IMG/VR virus record: IMGVR_UViG_3300020395_000009
Location: 1-58,379 of that record
Length of the DNA stretch: 58,379 bases
Origin: a virus
Taxonomy: Duplodnaviria > Caudoviricetes
Reading direction: 5' to 3' (one strand)
Position numbers and translations under genes: made by a program. The notes below the pieces were generated by a model. It had not been told where the DNA came from. It saw only the letters and a list, made by a program, of their open reading frames with translations, and made no database searches. Below, in pieces: positions 25,500 through 36,821 of this stretch. The stretch's first letter is position 1. Each line of letters begins with the position of its first letter.

Positions 25500-28400
25500 A
25501 TGGGTCTTTCCAGATTAGATAATTTTCTGAAATCGGCAAGGGGAACGATCCTCTATGTAAATCCTAACGATTTAGACGCAACAGATAGTGTTGAGAATAA
25601 AGGTAATTCGCTAACCCGTCCTTTTAAGACGATTCAACGTGCTTTGATAGAAGCATCAAGATTTTCGTATCAGAAGGGATTGGATAATGATAGATTTGGC
25701 AAAACAACGATTTTATTATATCCAGGAGATCATATTGTAGATAATAGACCTGGATATATTCCAGATTCGAGACTTGGTAGTAATAAATTTAGACTTAGGA
25801 ATGGTGCGACTTCTGATAATTTACCTCCATTTGACTTAACATCTAATTTTGACCTTTCATCTCCCGATAATGAACTTTATAAGTTAAACAGTGTATATGG
25901 TGGAGTTATAGTTCCTCGTGGTACTTCTCTTGTTGGTTTAGACCTTAGAAAGACGAAAATAAGACCAAAATACGTTCCAAACCCATATGATGCAAATATC
26001 GACAGAACAGCAATATTCAGAGTTACGGGAGAATGCTATTTTTGGCAATTTTCCATATTTGATGCAGATCCTAATGGAAAGGCATATAGAGATTATACGA
26101 CTGCTAGCTTTGTACCTAATTTTTCCCACCATAAGTTAACAGTATTTGAATATGCTGATGGTGTTAATAACGTTAATATTAATGATACATTCGTAACAGG
26201 TGTAGATGGTCAATATGATCGTACTGACCTTGATATGTACTATGAGAAGGTTGGTCTAGTTTATGGACAATCTTCAGGTAGACCAATTGAGCCAGATTAC
26301 CCTGCTGCAGGATTAGATATACAACCAAAAGTTGACGAATATCGTATTGTTGGTTCTACAGGTAAAACTGTTGGAATTACTGAAATTATTTCTGGTGATG
26401 GAATAAACCCAACTACTGATATTACTGTTACTACTGCTGTAGAGGTTCCAGGACTTGATGTAGATACTCCTTTCCGTATTGCTAATATTGGGGTTGCTGA
26501 ATATAATGGTCAGTTTGTTGTATCTGAGAAAATAAGTGATACTCAAATTAAGTATCAAGTACAAAATGCACCTGCATCTGCAAAACCAAGTGTAGCAGGA
26601 GCAACTTTATCACTTACATCTGATACTGTAACATCATCTTCTCCATATATTTTCAACGTATCACTACGTTCTGTATATGGTGCTTGTGGATTGGTTGCTG
26701 ATGGAGCAAAAGCAACTGGATTCCGTTCGATGGTTGTTGCTCAATACACTGGTATTGGACTACAAAAGGATGATAATGCTTTCACTGTCTATAGTTCTAC
26801 TGATGGTAAGTACAGTTATCAATCATCTGCTTCTGAACCATTAAGTACTAATTCTAGAGCGATTTATAAACCAGAATTTGCTAACTATCATATTAAGGTT
26901 ATAAATGATGCCTTTATCCAGGCAGTTTCTGTGTTTGCTATTGGTTATGCAGAACATTTCGTAACTGAGAGTGGTGGTGATATTTCACTTACAAACTCTA
27001 ACTCTAACTTTGGTGCTAAATCTCTATCATCTTCTGGATTTAAGAAAGATGCATTTAATCAAGATGACCAAGGATATATAACCCATATTATTCCACCAAA
27101 AGAACTTCCACTTACAGAAACTTCCGTAGAATTTGAGTTGGTGGATGTTGCTAAGACACTTTCAGTTGGTATTGCAACTAATCTTTATCTTTATGGTCAA
27201 ACAAACCCTGACGTTCTACCTGAAAATGTTAAAGAAGGATATAGAATTGGTGCAAGGGCAAATGATACATTAAATGTTCTTATTGCAGAGAGTGGTGTTA
27301 CTAATGAATATAAAGCACCTATTGTTATGGATGGATCAGAGTCAACCTCTGAAAAGTCATTTGGTGTTGAGAGAATTTTAACTGGAAATAATATTGCTAA
27401 TAATGTTCTTAGATTTACCTCTAATCATACCTTTAAGAATGGTGAATCTGTTCGTGTAATTAGTGAAAATGGACATTTACCTGATGGTATTGATCCAAAT
27501 ACAATTTACTATGCAATAACCAAGGAAAATGCAAGTAGTGGTATCACAGCAGATACTGATATTAAACTTGCAAAGACACTTAGTGATGCATTAACTGATA
27601 CTACTGGTAATGAAATTGCTATCAACCAGAAAGGTGGTATTTTAACTGTATCAAGTAGAGTATCTGATAAGAACTCTGGTGATATTGGACATCCAATTCA
27701 ATTTGATCCTCTAAATTTGCAGTGGTATGTTAATGTAGGTTCTGCTAATACAACTTTCTATACAAAAATAGAAGAATTGGGTACTGCTCAATTAGGTGAT
27801 GCAACACCAAGAACCTTTGTAACAAGAAAGAATGATAATAGAAACTCCGTTGATACTCTTTATAGAGCAAGATATGTAATTCCAAAGGATGGTCCAACTG
27901 CAAGACCACCAAGTGATGGTTATATTCTTCAGGAATCAAACCACACAACTGCAGCAACTGACGCAGAAATTCAGACCTACTATGGTACTGGATCATTATC
28001 ATCTGTCAGTCAACAAAGAAACTTTAGATTTATTGCAGGTGCAGAATGGAATGGTGCTGATACAGTAACTGTAGCAACAGAATTACCTCATAATTTAACA
28101 GTTGGATCTGATGTTCAGATTTCTAATGTTAAGAGTACTGAGAATACAACTGGTGTTGCTGATGTTGGATTTAATAGAAATTATACTGTTACTGGTATTA
28201 GTAGCTCAAAGGCATTTAGTGTTGGATTAACTACCAATCCTGGTACATTTACTAATGATACTTCATCCAGAACTACTACATTACCTTATTTCCAAAGAAA
28301 GAGATATGAAAATAACTACTACGTCTTCAGAAATGAAGAAGTACAGCAGTATATTTCTGGTGAACAGGATGGTGTTTACTATCTAACTTTACTTAACTCT

Positions 28401-31397
28401 TCTAATGCTCCAACAGTAGCACCTTTTACTAATGAAGATTTCTCACAACCAGTAAAAGAACTATTCCCTCAAACAAATAGAGACAATCCTCATTCTGACC
28501 CACCAGAGGCAAAATCATTTGCTTCTCCAAGTTTGATTGGTGATGTTGTTGTTAATGATGTTAGAAGTAGTATTACTAAGGAGACTATTAACAAGTATAA
28601 TCGTGATGTTGATTTTGGTGTAGGAATTTCTAATATTAAATCCACATCAGAATCTCTTCATGAAATTACTACTGATGTTGATCATGGATTGAATAGAATT
28701 ACCAAATTAAGTATTGGTGTTGGTAATAGTGGTGCTGGATATGGTGATGGATCTGGTGGAGATTACTATAATGTTAAATTAGTATCTATCGGTGCATCTG
28801 TAACTGGTGAGAATGCAACTGCTAAAGTCACTGTTGACCCTACAGGTGGTGTTACTGCTGTCAAGATTATGGACGGTGGTAGTGCATATGGTATAGGTAA
28901 CACTCTTGCAGTTGTTGGTATTGCAACTACTACAGGACATGTTGCTGCTGTAGTTGAAGTTGAGAACATTTACAATAATATTGGTGATGTTATTAGTGTT
29001 AGTGGAATAAAATCTGAATTTAACTCTGCATATAACCAACTTTATAGGGTTGATTCCGTTGGATTTGGATCTGCTACTTCGGTTAATGTTTCATCTGCAT
29101 CAACAATTCCTAATTTCTCTACAACTGGTATTATTCCAGATATTACTGAGAAAGCATATCTATACTTAACTGGTGGAGAAATCAGAGTTAGTTCTATAAC
29201 ATTTGATAATATTTCTGGTATTGCGACAGTTGTTACTGCAGATAATCATGGATTAAGAGTTGATACGAGAGTTAGACTTTCTGGTGCTGATATTCCCTTC
29301 TGGAATCGTAGTTTTGTAGTTACTGAGAATATTAGTCTTAATTCCTTTGCTATCAATGTTGGACCAGGAGGAGCAACTCCTGCAACAACTGGAAATATTG
29401 CAGTATATCATGAAGGATATGCAGCAAATGATGGTTCTATTTCTTTAGACAATGAGAACCTCTTTGGTAGAATGGTTCCAACGTATGCTGGAATTACAAC
29501 TGTAATCTCAAATAACGTTTCTAATACTACTACAGATCAACTTTATATTGAGAATATCAAGAAGTATGATATTCAGATTGGTGATTACTTAGCAGTTGAT
29601 GATGAGATCTTTAGGGTCAAGTCTACAACTAATGCAGGATCTACAAATCCAGTATCAAACCCATTAACAGTATTCCGTGGTGCTCTTGGATCTAAGAGGG
29701 CAACGCATACTATTAACTCTGTTGTTAGAAGAATTGCTGTTAATCCAGTTGAACTTAGAAGACACTCAATTATTCGTGCATCTGGTCACACATTTGAGTA
29801 TGTTGGATATGGTCCAGGTAACTACTCAACTGCATTCCCAGATAAGCAAGATAGACAGATTAGTTTCCAAGAGGAACTATTAGCACAATCAACCAAGAAG
29901 GCTGGTGGTGTTAACTTCTATACTGGTATGAATGACAAAGGTATTTCATACACAGGTAATAAGAAGTTAAGTACATTAACAGGTCAGGAAGAAATCTTTG
30001 ATACCCCAGTACAAACAGTTACTGGTGAAGATATTGGTGCTCTTCCATCTCTTAACGTAACAAATGCTACTGAAGGTGCATTTAGTCGTTCTATTAGAGT
30101 AGAAGGTGGTCCTGATAATAAGGCATCATCTGAATTTAATGGTCCTGTTATTCTGAATAATAAGTTGACATCTGTATCTGATAAGGGTATAGAGGCACAG
30201 TCATACTATATTCAGGGTGATCAGATTGTTTCTAGAAAGCATACTTTATCAAATACATCACCTACATTATCTGGTAACCCAGGTGATATTGTTTGGAACT
30301 CTGACCCAACTGATGGTGGATATGTTGGTTGGATAATGAGTGCGGATAATGATTGGAGAAGATTTGGTAACGTAAGTAATTCTAAGGATTCTAATATTGC
30401 AGTTTATGATCAGGTTGCTATTGGTACAATTACACCTAATCTTAACAGATTCCAAGTTGGAGGTGGAACTACATTAGTTTCTATTGATGATTATGGTGTA
30501 GGTATCGGAACAACTGGAAATGGATATGGTCTTCATATTATTTCTGGTGCTAGATTTAGTGGTAACATTACAGATATTGATGGTGCAGCAGGTGCTCCAG
30601 GTGAAGTTATTGAATCAACTGGTAGTGGTATTAGATGGTCTAATATCGGTCAGATTAACGGTTGGTCAAGAACTGTTGATAACGATGGAACATACAACAC
30701 TAACCAAGACTTCATAGGTATTGGTATTACCACACCTAAGACCAATTTAGAAGTTGGTGAAGTTGGAATGGCAGCGACTGCTCTGAAGGTTAATGGTACA
30801 TCTGAGTTTGTTGGATTAGTAACTGCTACTAACGTCTATGTAAGTGGTATGTTGACTGCATCTGCGATTGACTTGCAGACAGGAACACAAGGTCAACTTA
30901 GTGTTGGTGTTATTACTGCTACTGGATTTAATGTTGGTGAGTTTGTTGTTACTGGAGATAAGGTCGGTATTGGCACAACTCAACCTAAGAGTGCTCTCGA
31001 TGTTCAGGGACATACTACACTTAAGACATACTCTGAAAATGTAGGATCATTATCCATAAATGCTAGTATTGTGACAGTTGATCTTTCACAAGCACAATCA
31101 TGGATATGTACAGCAACGAGTGATGTAACCAAGTTTGATCTTACGAATTTGCCGCCTGGATCGACATCGTTTACAATTAGGGTTGATCAAGATGGAGTAG
31201 GTAGTAGATCTGTTGGTATAGATAACTTTAGTATTAACGGTAGTGCATTGATTCCAGTCAGGTGGCCAGGTGGCATTACTCCTACGGTTACAGTAACTGC
31301 AAATAGATCTGATATCTACTCATTTAAGATATGGGATGGAAACAATGCAGTTGCTGAAGGATTATACGGAGTAATTGGAGGTCAGAACTTCGCATGA
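25500..31397 (+). CDS. Large (1965 aa) virion structural/baseplate-fibre protein
   Basis: MGLSRLDNFLK...LYVNPNDLDATDS...PFKTIQRALIE; SNSNFG; ELRRHSIIRASGHTFEYVGYGPGNYSTAFP; KVGIGTTQP fibre repeats; C-terminal adaptor domain (VRWPGG...DIYSF...GGQNFA). Confidence 0.8.
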   Translation: MGLSRLDNFLKSARGTILYVNPNDLDATDSVENKGNSLTRPFKTIQRALIEASRFSYQKGLDNDRFGKTTILLYPGDHIVDNRPGYIPDSRLGSNKFRLRNGATSDNLPPFDLTSNFDLSSPDNELYKLNSVYGGVIVPRGTSLVGLDLRKTKIRPKYVPNPYDANIDRTAIFRVTGECYFWQFSIFDADPNGKAYRDYTTASFVPNFSHHKLTVFEYADGVNNVNINDTFVTGVDGQYDRTDLDMYYEKVGLVYGQSSGRPIEPDYPAAGLDIQPKVDEYRIVGSTGKTVGITEIISGDGINPTTDITVTTAVEVPGLDVDTPFRIANIGVAEYNGQFVVSEKISDTQIKYQVQNAPASAKPSVAGATLSLTSDTVTSSSPYIFNVSLRSVYGACGLVADGAKATGFRSMVVAQYTGIGLQKDDNAFTVYSSTDGKYSYQSSASEPLSTNSRAIYKPEFANYHIKVINDAFIQAVSVFAIGYAEHFVTESGGDISLTNSNSNFGAKSLSSSGFKKDAFNQDDQGYITHIIPPKELPLTETSVEFELVDVAKTLSVGIATNLYLYGQTNPDVLPENVKEGYRIGARANDTLNVLIAESGVTNEYKAPIVMDGSESTSEKSFGVERILTGNNIANNVLRFTSNHTFKNGESVRVISENGHLPDGIDPNTIYYAITKENASSGITADTDIKLAKTLSDALTDTTGNEIAINQKGGILTVSSRVSDKNSGDIGHPIQFDPLNLQWYVNVGSANTTFYTKIEELGTAQLGDATPRTFVTRKNDNRNSVDTLYRARYVIPKDGPTARPPSDGYILQESNHTTAATDAEIQTYYGTGSLSSVSQQRNFRFIAGAEWNGADTVTVATELPHNLTVGSDVQISNVKSTENTTGVADVGFNRNYTVTGISSSKAFSVGLTTNPGTFTNDTSSRTTTLPYFQRKRYENNYYVFRNEEVQQYISGEQDGVYYLTLLNSSNAPTVAPFTNEDFSQPVKELFPQTNRDNPHSDPPEAKSFASPSLIGDVVVNDVRSSITKETINKYNRDVDFGVGISNIKSTSESLHEITTDVDHGLNRITKLSIGVGNSGAGYGDGSGGDYYNVKLVSIGASVTGENATAKVTVDPTGGVTAVKIMDGGSAYGIGNTLAVVGIATTTGHVAAVVEVENIYNNIGDVISVSGIKSEFNSAYNQLYRVDSVGFGSATSVNVSSASTIPNFSTTGIIPDITEKAYLYLTGGEIRVSSITFDNISGIATVVTADNHGLRVDTRVRLSGADIPFWNRSFVVTENISLNSFAINVGPGGATPATTGNIAVYHEGYAANDGSISLDNENLFGRMVPTYAGITTVISNNVSNTTTDQLYIENIKKYDIQIGDYLAVDDEIFRVKSTTNAGSTNPVSNPLTVFRGALGSKRATHTINSVVRRIAVNPVELRRHSIIRASGHTFEYVGYGPGNYSTAFPDKQDRQISFQEELLAQSTKKAGGVNFYTGMNDKGISYTGNKKLSTLTGQEEIFDTPVQTVTGEDIGALPSLNVTNATEGAFSRSIRVEGGPDNKASSEFNGPVILNNKLTSVSDKGIEAQSYYIQGDQIVSRKHTLSNTSPTLSGNPGDIVWNSDPTDGGYVGWIMSADNDWRRFGNVSNSKDSNIAVYDQVAIGTITPNLNRFQVGGGTTLVSIDDYGVGIGTTGNGYGLHIISGARFSGNITDIDGAAGAPGEVIESTGSGIRWSNIGQINGWSRTVDNDGTYNTNQDFIGIGITTPKTNLEVGEVGMAATALKVNGTSEFVGLVTATNVYVSGMLTASAIDLQTGTQGQLSVGVITATGFNVGEFVVTGDKVGIGTTQPKSALDVQGHTTLKTYSENVGSLSINASIVTVDLSQAQSWICTATSDVTKFDLTNLPPGSTSFTIRVDQDGVGSRSVGIDNFSINGSALIPVRWPGGITPTVTVTANRSDIYSFKIWDGNNAVAEGLYGVIGGQNFA

Positions 31398-34300
31398 CAC
31401 AATTAGATTTTTATAGGGACATAGATACGTCCCTAGAAATTAACGGACCAACTTTATCATTTACTTTACAACCTACAGGTGCTTTTGGAAATTATAATGG
31501 TAGTGTCGATCTAATTGGTATTGCTACTGCCAGATTTACCCAAGAGATTGCTCCTGGAATTACTACTGGAGTTGGTGCTACTACAGGTAATATAAATTAT
31601 CGATGGTATAAAGAAGGTACTGGATTTGTTAGTGATGGTGCAAAATATGTAGGAACTGGTACAACTACATTAACTATATCAGGTATAGCAACTGCGGATC
31701 ATAATTCGCAGTATTTTCTTGTTATTGATTATGTTCCTGATCCATATCCTGCAAATGCTCCTAATGCATGGAACGAACCATTTACATCAGGAATAGCAAC
31801 AGTTGGTATGTATGGGTTTATTCAGATAAATTCTCAACCAACCGCATCAACTATTATCCCAAATACAGATACTGAATTTGAGATTGATGCTAGTCTAAAT
31901 GATTCCTCTACTTCTGGTATGGGATATCAATGGCAAATGAATGGTAGTGATATTACTAATGGATCATTTTCTACACAGAATATAACAGTAACACCAGGAA
32001 CTCCTACATCCGAAGAAGTAATTAACTATAGTTTTAATGCTACTGCCACTGGTAGTTCTTCTAGTAATACATTTACAGTACCTGCAGGAGCAGAAAATGT
32101 AAGAGTTAGTATTGCTGGAGCACCTGGAGGAAATGGTGCAGCAGAAGGAGGAAATGCTGGTGGTGTTGGTGGTCATGGAATGTCAGCATGGTTTGATGTA
32201 TTAGGTTCTGTTCCAACAGGACAGCAAGCATATACAACACCAGGAACATATCAATGGACATGCCCTGCAGGTGTTGGAAAGGTTTGTGTTGTATGTATTG
32301 GTGGAGGTGGTGGATATACTGATGGTTCAGCTTCTACATTTGATGTACCTGCTGATAATGTAGCAATGGTTGCTGGTTATGGTAGAGGTTCTAATAATGC
32401 GACACCAAATGCTAGTATGGCCACTGGTGGAGATGCAAATTATGCTGGTGGTCTTGGGCATTCATCTTCTTATGGAGCAGGTGGTGGAGGTGCTGCAGGA
32501 TATAATGGTAATGGTATGCATGGACTTGGTGGAGCAAATATGTGGGCTAGTGCTGGTTATATAACTGGTAGTGGATCTGGTGCTGGTGGTGGTACATTTA
32601 GTGGAAGTAATAATGGTGATTCTGCTGGTTTACCAGAAGGTGGTGGTGGAACAGGAATATTTGGTAACAGTGGTGATGCAACCTTCTGGGGAAAAGGTGG
32701 ATCTGGTGGAGATGATTCAACAAATGAAAATGGTGGAGCATATGGTGGCGGTGGTGGTAATCCAGCAGTAGTTGGCACTCCAACTGGAGAAGGTGGAGGT
32801 TTATGCTGGAAAAATAATATTACAGTAGTACCTGGTCAAACTTATACTGTAGTTGTTGGTCAAGGTGGTGGTGGTAACAATGATGTTGGTAGTGGTGGTG
32901 GAGGTGCAGTAAGAATTATTTGGGGTGCTAATAGATCATTCCCTTCACAAAATACTGTAGATATAAATGCATCTTCTGGATCATCTCCAAATGCAAGAAC
33001 TTTTGAGTTTGTTGTTGGTAAAGCAGCAGAGGATGGAACAAGTGGAACTGCATCAGGTGCTGGTGCTGGTGGTGGAACTAATTTGGATATGTCTGGTGCT
33101 AATGGAGGAAATGCTGGTGGTTTAGGTGTTTCTGGTGGCGGTGGAGGAGGTGGCGGTGGTACGCATGTCAAAATTGATAATGTAGTTGCTGCTATTGCAG
33201 GTGGTGGTGGCGGTGCTGGCGGTGGATCTGCTGGTTATGATGGTACAGATGGTGGGGATGCTGGACCAGTAAGAACATCTTCAGGAGCAAATAATCACAC
33301 TCCTCCTAATGTGCAATGGACATCAACGACTAGTGCTATTCAATACTATGCTGGTACTGATGCTGTTCATGACGATAATGTGACAACAACAGGTGGTAGT
33401 CCTGGAACTCCTGATCAGGTTGTAACAACAACAAGTTGGGTAACAAGATATTCAGGATTTAGTTTTCCTTCAGGAAATTATGTTAGATTCTTCCAAGGAA
33501 CATTTACATATGTCTATCAATTCTCTACTGTAGGAAGTATTTCTATGTGGTCAGGTCAATCTGAACCTGTAGTAAATGGTAGTTTTAGATATTCTGGTGG
33601 ATCATTACAAGTTGATGGTGGTAATACATGGGTTAACCCTTCGTATTACTCTATAACTGCAGAGGAACAAGTAACAACAACTACTGTTATTCCTGGTACT
33701 CCTGCAACTCCTGGAACTACTACTGGTCGTGATGGTGGTGGTGCAGGTGCTGGTGGAGGTGGTGGTGGTCCTAGTAGTGCTAGTGCTGGTACACCTGGAA
33801 ATGATAATTCTTCTGCTGCAACTGGTGGTGACAGAGGCACGAGTGTATATAGAAGTGACATGTTAACATATACTAGTGGATCATATAATCCAAAGTATGC
33901 AACTGGATCTCCTTCAGATGGATATGGATCTGTTTATTATTCTGTAAGAAATATTATTCCTGGTACTCCACCAACGACTAATATTACAACAGTTAACCAT
34001 ACTGCTTCGGGTACAACAACTGATAAGTTAACAATTCAGTCTGATGGTGTAGGAATCAATACTGTAAGATGTGTTGTATCAAATTCAGGTGCAACTAACA
34101 CACCAGTTGAATCTGATGAAGTAAATTATAATGTTGTTTCAACAATTAGTCAGGCAACTATTAAGATAGAAACAATAGGTATTGGTACTGCTGCTGTTAT
34201 TTCTACACATAACTTAGCAAGTAGTTCTCTTGAGATAAATGTTTCTGGTCAAGCAGGTGGTCAGCAGAATATGTATCAAGTCATATATTCTCCTGATAGG

Positions 34301-35044
34301 GATATTGATATTGAGATGGATATGTATGGTGGTGCTGGATTTAGTACTCCAAGTTTTGCTGGTGGACAGGGTGGTTATGCTCGTATCAGATTTACGATGA
34401 AGCAAAATGAGGAATATACATTATCTGGTTTGATTGGTACTGTTAATGCTCCTTACTTATATCATAGGTCATCTTTAATCGCATGTTGTGGTGGAGGTGG
34501 TAATGCTGGTAATTCTGGAGATGGTGGAGATGGTGGTGGAGTAGGAGTTGCTGGTGCATCTGGAACTGGTAGTGGTGCTGGTAGTGGCGGTCAGGCTATT
34601 ACTGCAGGAACATTAACATCTACTGGTACATTTGGATCTTTATATCAAGGATTAACTGCGATTGCTCCTGATACTAATGCTACAGGACAACAGGCAGGTA
34701 AAACAACTCCTTGTACAAAAGGTGTTTATTGGGCACAACAAGCATATACTCCTTGCCAAGATATGGGATTGACTAAATTTAGACAATCTGATGGTACAGA
34801 GGTTATCATTACTACTAATACTATAGATCGAGGATTTAAGGCAGGATATGATGTAACTCAAACTGCTGGACAAGCTGCTGGAACTGGTGGTAATGGTGGT
34901 AATGGTGCAACTGGTGGTGACGGTGGAACCAACGGTGGAGGTGGAGGGGGTAGTGGATATACTGATGGATCAGTCACTATTGTCTCTGCATCACAGGGTG
35001 GAAGTGTATCTCAAGCTAAAGTTGTTCTTAGAGTAGTAACTTAG
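31394..35044 (+). CDS. Gly-rich putative adhesin/tail fibre protein with Ig-like domains
   Basis: Ig-like INYRWYK...GTGTTTLTI and YQWQMNG; several polyglycine domains (YTTPGTYQWTCPAGV...IGGGGG...GGGGAVRIIWG); ATGA coupling to the upstream gene. Confidence 0.75.
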   Translation: MTQLDFYRDIDTSLEINGPTLSFTLQPTGAFGNYNGSVDLIGIATARFTQEIAPGITTGVGATTGNINYRWYKEGTGFVSDGAKYVGTGTTTLTISGIATADHNSQYFLVIDYVPDPYPANAPNAWNEPFTSGIATVGMYGFIQINSQPTASTIIPNTDTEFEIDASLNDSSTSGMGYQWQMNGSDITNGSFSTQNITVTPGTPTSEEVINYSFNATATGSSSSNTFTVPAGAENVRVSIAGAPGGNGAAEGGNAGGVGGHGMSAWFDVLGSVPTGQQAYTTPGTYQWTCPAGVGKVCVVCIGGGGGYTDGSASTFDVPADNVAMVAGYGRGSNNATPNASMATGGDANYAGGLGHSSSYGAGGGGAAGYNGNGMHGLGGANMWASAGYITGSGSGAGGGTFSGSNNGDSAGLPEGGGGTGIFGNSGDATFWGKGGSGGDDSTNENGGAYGGGGGNPAVVGTPTGEGGGLCWKNNITVVPGQTYTVVVGQGGGGNNDVGSGGGGAVRIIWGANRSFPSQNTVDINASSGSSPNARTFEFVVGKAAEDGTSGTASGAGAGGGTNLDMSGANGGNAGGLGVSGGGGGGGGGTHVKIDNVVAAIAGGGGGAGGGSAGYDGTDGGDAGPVRTSSGANNHTPPNVQWTSTTSAIQYYAGTDAVHDDNVTTTGGSPGTPDQVVTTTSWVTRYSGFSFPSGNYVRFFQGTFTYVYQFSTVGSISMWSGQSEPVVNGSFRYSGGSLQVDGGNTWVNPSYYSITAEEQVTTTTVIPGTPATPGTTTGRDGGGAGAGGGGGGPSSASAGTPGNDNSSAATGGDRGTSVYRSDMLTYTSGSYNPKYATGSPSDGYGSVYYSVRNIIPGTPPTTNITTVNHTASGTTTDKLTIQSDGVGINTVRCVVSNSGATNTPVESDEVNYNVVSTISQATIKIETIGIGTAAVISTHNLASSSLEINVSGQAGGQQNMYQVIYSPDRDIDIEMDMYGGAGFSTPSFAGGQGGYARIRFTMKQNEEYTLSGLIGTVNAPYLYHRSSLIACCGGGGNAGNSGDGGDGGGVGVAGASGTGSGAGSGGQAITAGTLTSTGTFGSLYQGLTAIAPDTNATGQQAGKTTPCTKGVYWAQQAYTPCQDMGLTKFRQSDGTEVIITTNTIDRGFKAGYDVTQTAGQAAGTGGNGGNGATGGDGGTNGGGGGGSGYTDGSVTIVSASQGGSVSQAKVVLRVVT

Positions 35045-35045
35045 C

Positions 35046-35051
35046 TAAATA
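35046..35051 (+). promoter_or_regulatory. Late promoter core TAAATA
   Basis: In the intergenic gap, about 40 nt before ATG 35090. Confidence 0.55.
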
Positions 35052-35089
35052 ACTATTACGTAAAACTAACGGGGGAGAGTGAACCCTAA

Positions 35090-36760
35090 ATGGCTGTAAA
35101 TAAGAATTTTGTAGTCAAAAATGGCTTAGAGGTCAATACCGATCTTTTACTTACAGATGTTGAAAAGCAATTTGTAGGTATAGGTACGACTGTCGTTGGT
35201 CATACTCTTCATGTAATCGGTGGAATTGGGGCTACCAATCTCTATGTTAGTGGAATAACAACTCTTGCTGCTACTGGTGGAATCACAACCACTGGTGGCG
35301 ATTTGTATGTTGGGGGTGATTTATTTGTCAAGGATGACTTAGTTCTTGATGAAATCACTGCACGGGATGTCACGATAAGTGGTATCGCAACGATCAATAA
35401 ACTTGACGTTACTGATCAGATTACCAATTTCCTTGATATTCAGGGTGGTATTAACGCTACTGGTGTTATAACTGCACTTGGATTTGAGGGATCATCAATT
35501 GGATTTGGTACTCCTGCTGGTGCTATTGGATATGCTGCTACATTTTTAGATTTCCGAGGACCAGGTGTTTCTACGGGATTCTTTGATGCTGGTAGTGGTA
35601 TTGGTACTATTTACTTCCAAGGTGGAGGTGGTGGTGGAAACATCAGTGTTAGTAGTCTTGCACCTGCTGGACCTGACGGTGGAGACCTTTGGTTTAATAT
35701 TGATGAAGGTAGAACATTTATCTTCTATGATGAACCTGCACTAGGCATTGGTAATGCTAGAGTATGGATTGATGCATCTCCATTTAATGTTGCTGCTGGT
35801 TTAGGAACATTCCTTTCCAGATCTGGTGATGAGATGGAGGGTCAACTTGGAGTTCTTCCAGGTTCTCAAAATGTTCCAGGTTTATACTTTAAGGGAAGCA
35901 CTGGTAAAGGACTTTATTACGCAAGTGGTAAGGTTTCTGTATCAGAAGATCTTCATGTAGATGGTAAAGTTGATGCTGCTGATGGATTTCATATTGGAAT
36001 TCAATCTGCAGGTACTTTAATTAATGGAAATACTGGTATAACAACTCTTAATTTCGTTGGAGTTGGTAATACATTTGCTGTAAATGGTACTACTGTTGAT
36101 ATTAGTATTGCTGGTGGTGGTGCTGGTATAGGTACTGCTATTGATATGACTGCTGTTCCAGGAACTACTGGACAGGATGTAATTTATTATGTAAATGAAA
36201 TTTTAGAAATTACAACTAATTCTACAATTACTGCACCTGACTCAACTGATGTTGCGTACACTAATTATGAAGAAGTTGTTGTAAATGATGGTATTGATCT
36301 AATTATTGATGATGGTGATCAGTTTGTAGTTGACGTACTTGGTCTTTCTACTTACACGACTAATGTAACAGGTGCTGCACCTGCTGCTACACCAGTCACT
36401 GGTCCAACAATGAATATTGCTGGTATCTCTACGATGCAGCATGTCACAGTTACTAAGAACTGGGCAAATACTGCTGGAGTTATAACAGCAACAGTAGGAT
36501 CATTGCCTGTCAATTATTATGGTAATTTCTATGGTGATGGTAAGAACATTCAGAATTTAGTTTCTGGTGTTGGAATTATTACTGCAGGAGGAACTGTAGG
36601 TACTGGAGCAACCTTCCTTGACTTAAGAGGAGCAGGTGTTTCTACATGTACTGTTTCTGCTGGAATCGCTACTATAAATATCGAAGGTGGCGGTGGCGGT
36701 GGAGCTATGGATCAAACTTGGTTCATGGTGGCTACTGGAATGAGAGCATCGGGGATGTAA
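35090..36760 (+). CDS. Tail fibre-like structural protein
   Basis: MAVNKNFVVKNGLEV N-terminus, GGDLYVGGDLFV, GDLWFN...FIFY...WID, internal repeats ATFLD.RG.GVST...IEGGGGG. Confidence 0.7.
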   Translation: MAVNKNFVVKNGLEVNTDLLLTDVEKQFVGIGTTVVGHTLHVIGGIGATNLYVSGITTLAATGGITTTGGDLYVGGDLFVKDDLVLDEITARDVTISGIATINKLDVTDQITNFLDIQGGINATGVITALGFEGSSIGFGTPAGAIGYAATFLDFRGPGVSTGFFDAGSGIGTIYFQGGGGGGNISVSSLAPAGPDGGDLWFNIDEGRTFIFYDEPALGIGNARVWIDASPFNVAAGLGTFLSRSGDEMEGQLGVLPGSQNVPGLYFKGSTGKGLYYASGKVSVSEDLHVDGKVDAADGFHIGIQSAGTLINGNTGITTLNFVGVGNTFAVNGTTVDISIAGGGAGIGTAIDMTAVPGTTGQDVIYYVNEILEITTNSTITAPDSTDVAYTNYEEVVVNDGIDLIIDDGDQFVVDVLGLSTYTTNVTGAAPAATPVTGPTMNIAGISTMQHVTVTKNWANTAGVITATVGSLPVNYYGNFYGDGKNIQNLVSGVGIITAGGTVGTGATFLDLRGAGVSTCTVSAGIATINIEGGGGGGAMDQTWFMVATGMRASGM

Positions 36761-36766
36761 TATGGA

Positions 36767-36774
36767 TATAAATA
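36767..36774 (+). promoter_or_regulatory. T4 late promoter TATAAATA
   Basis: Perfect consensus upstream of the Cys-rich gene; GGAGG-like RBS at about 36807-36811. Confidence 0.8.
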
Positions 36775-36821
36775 ATATGAGAAATTTACTAAACAACCAA
36801 AGTTTTGGAGGGACTAGATAA

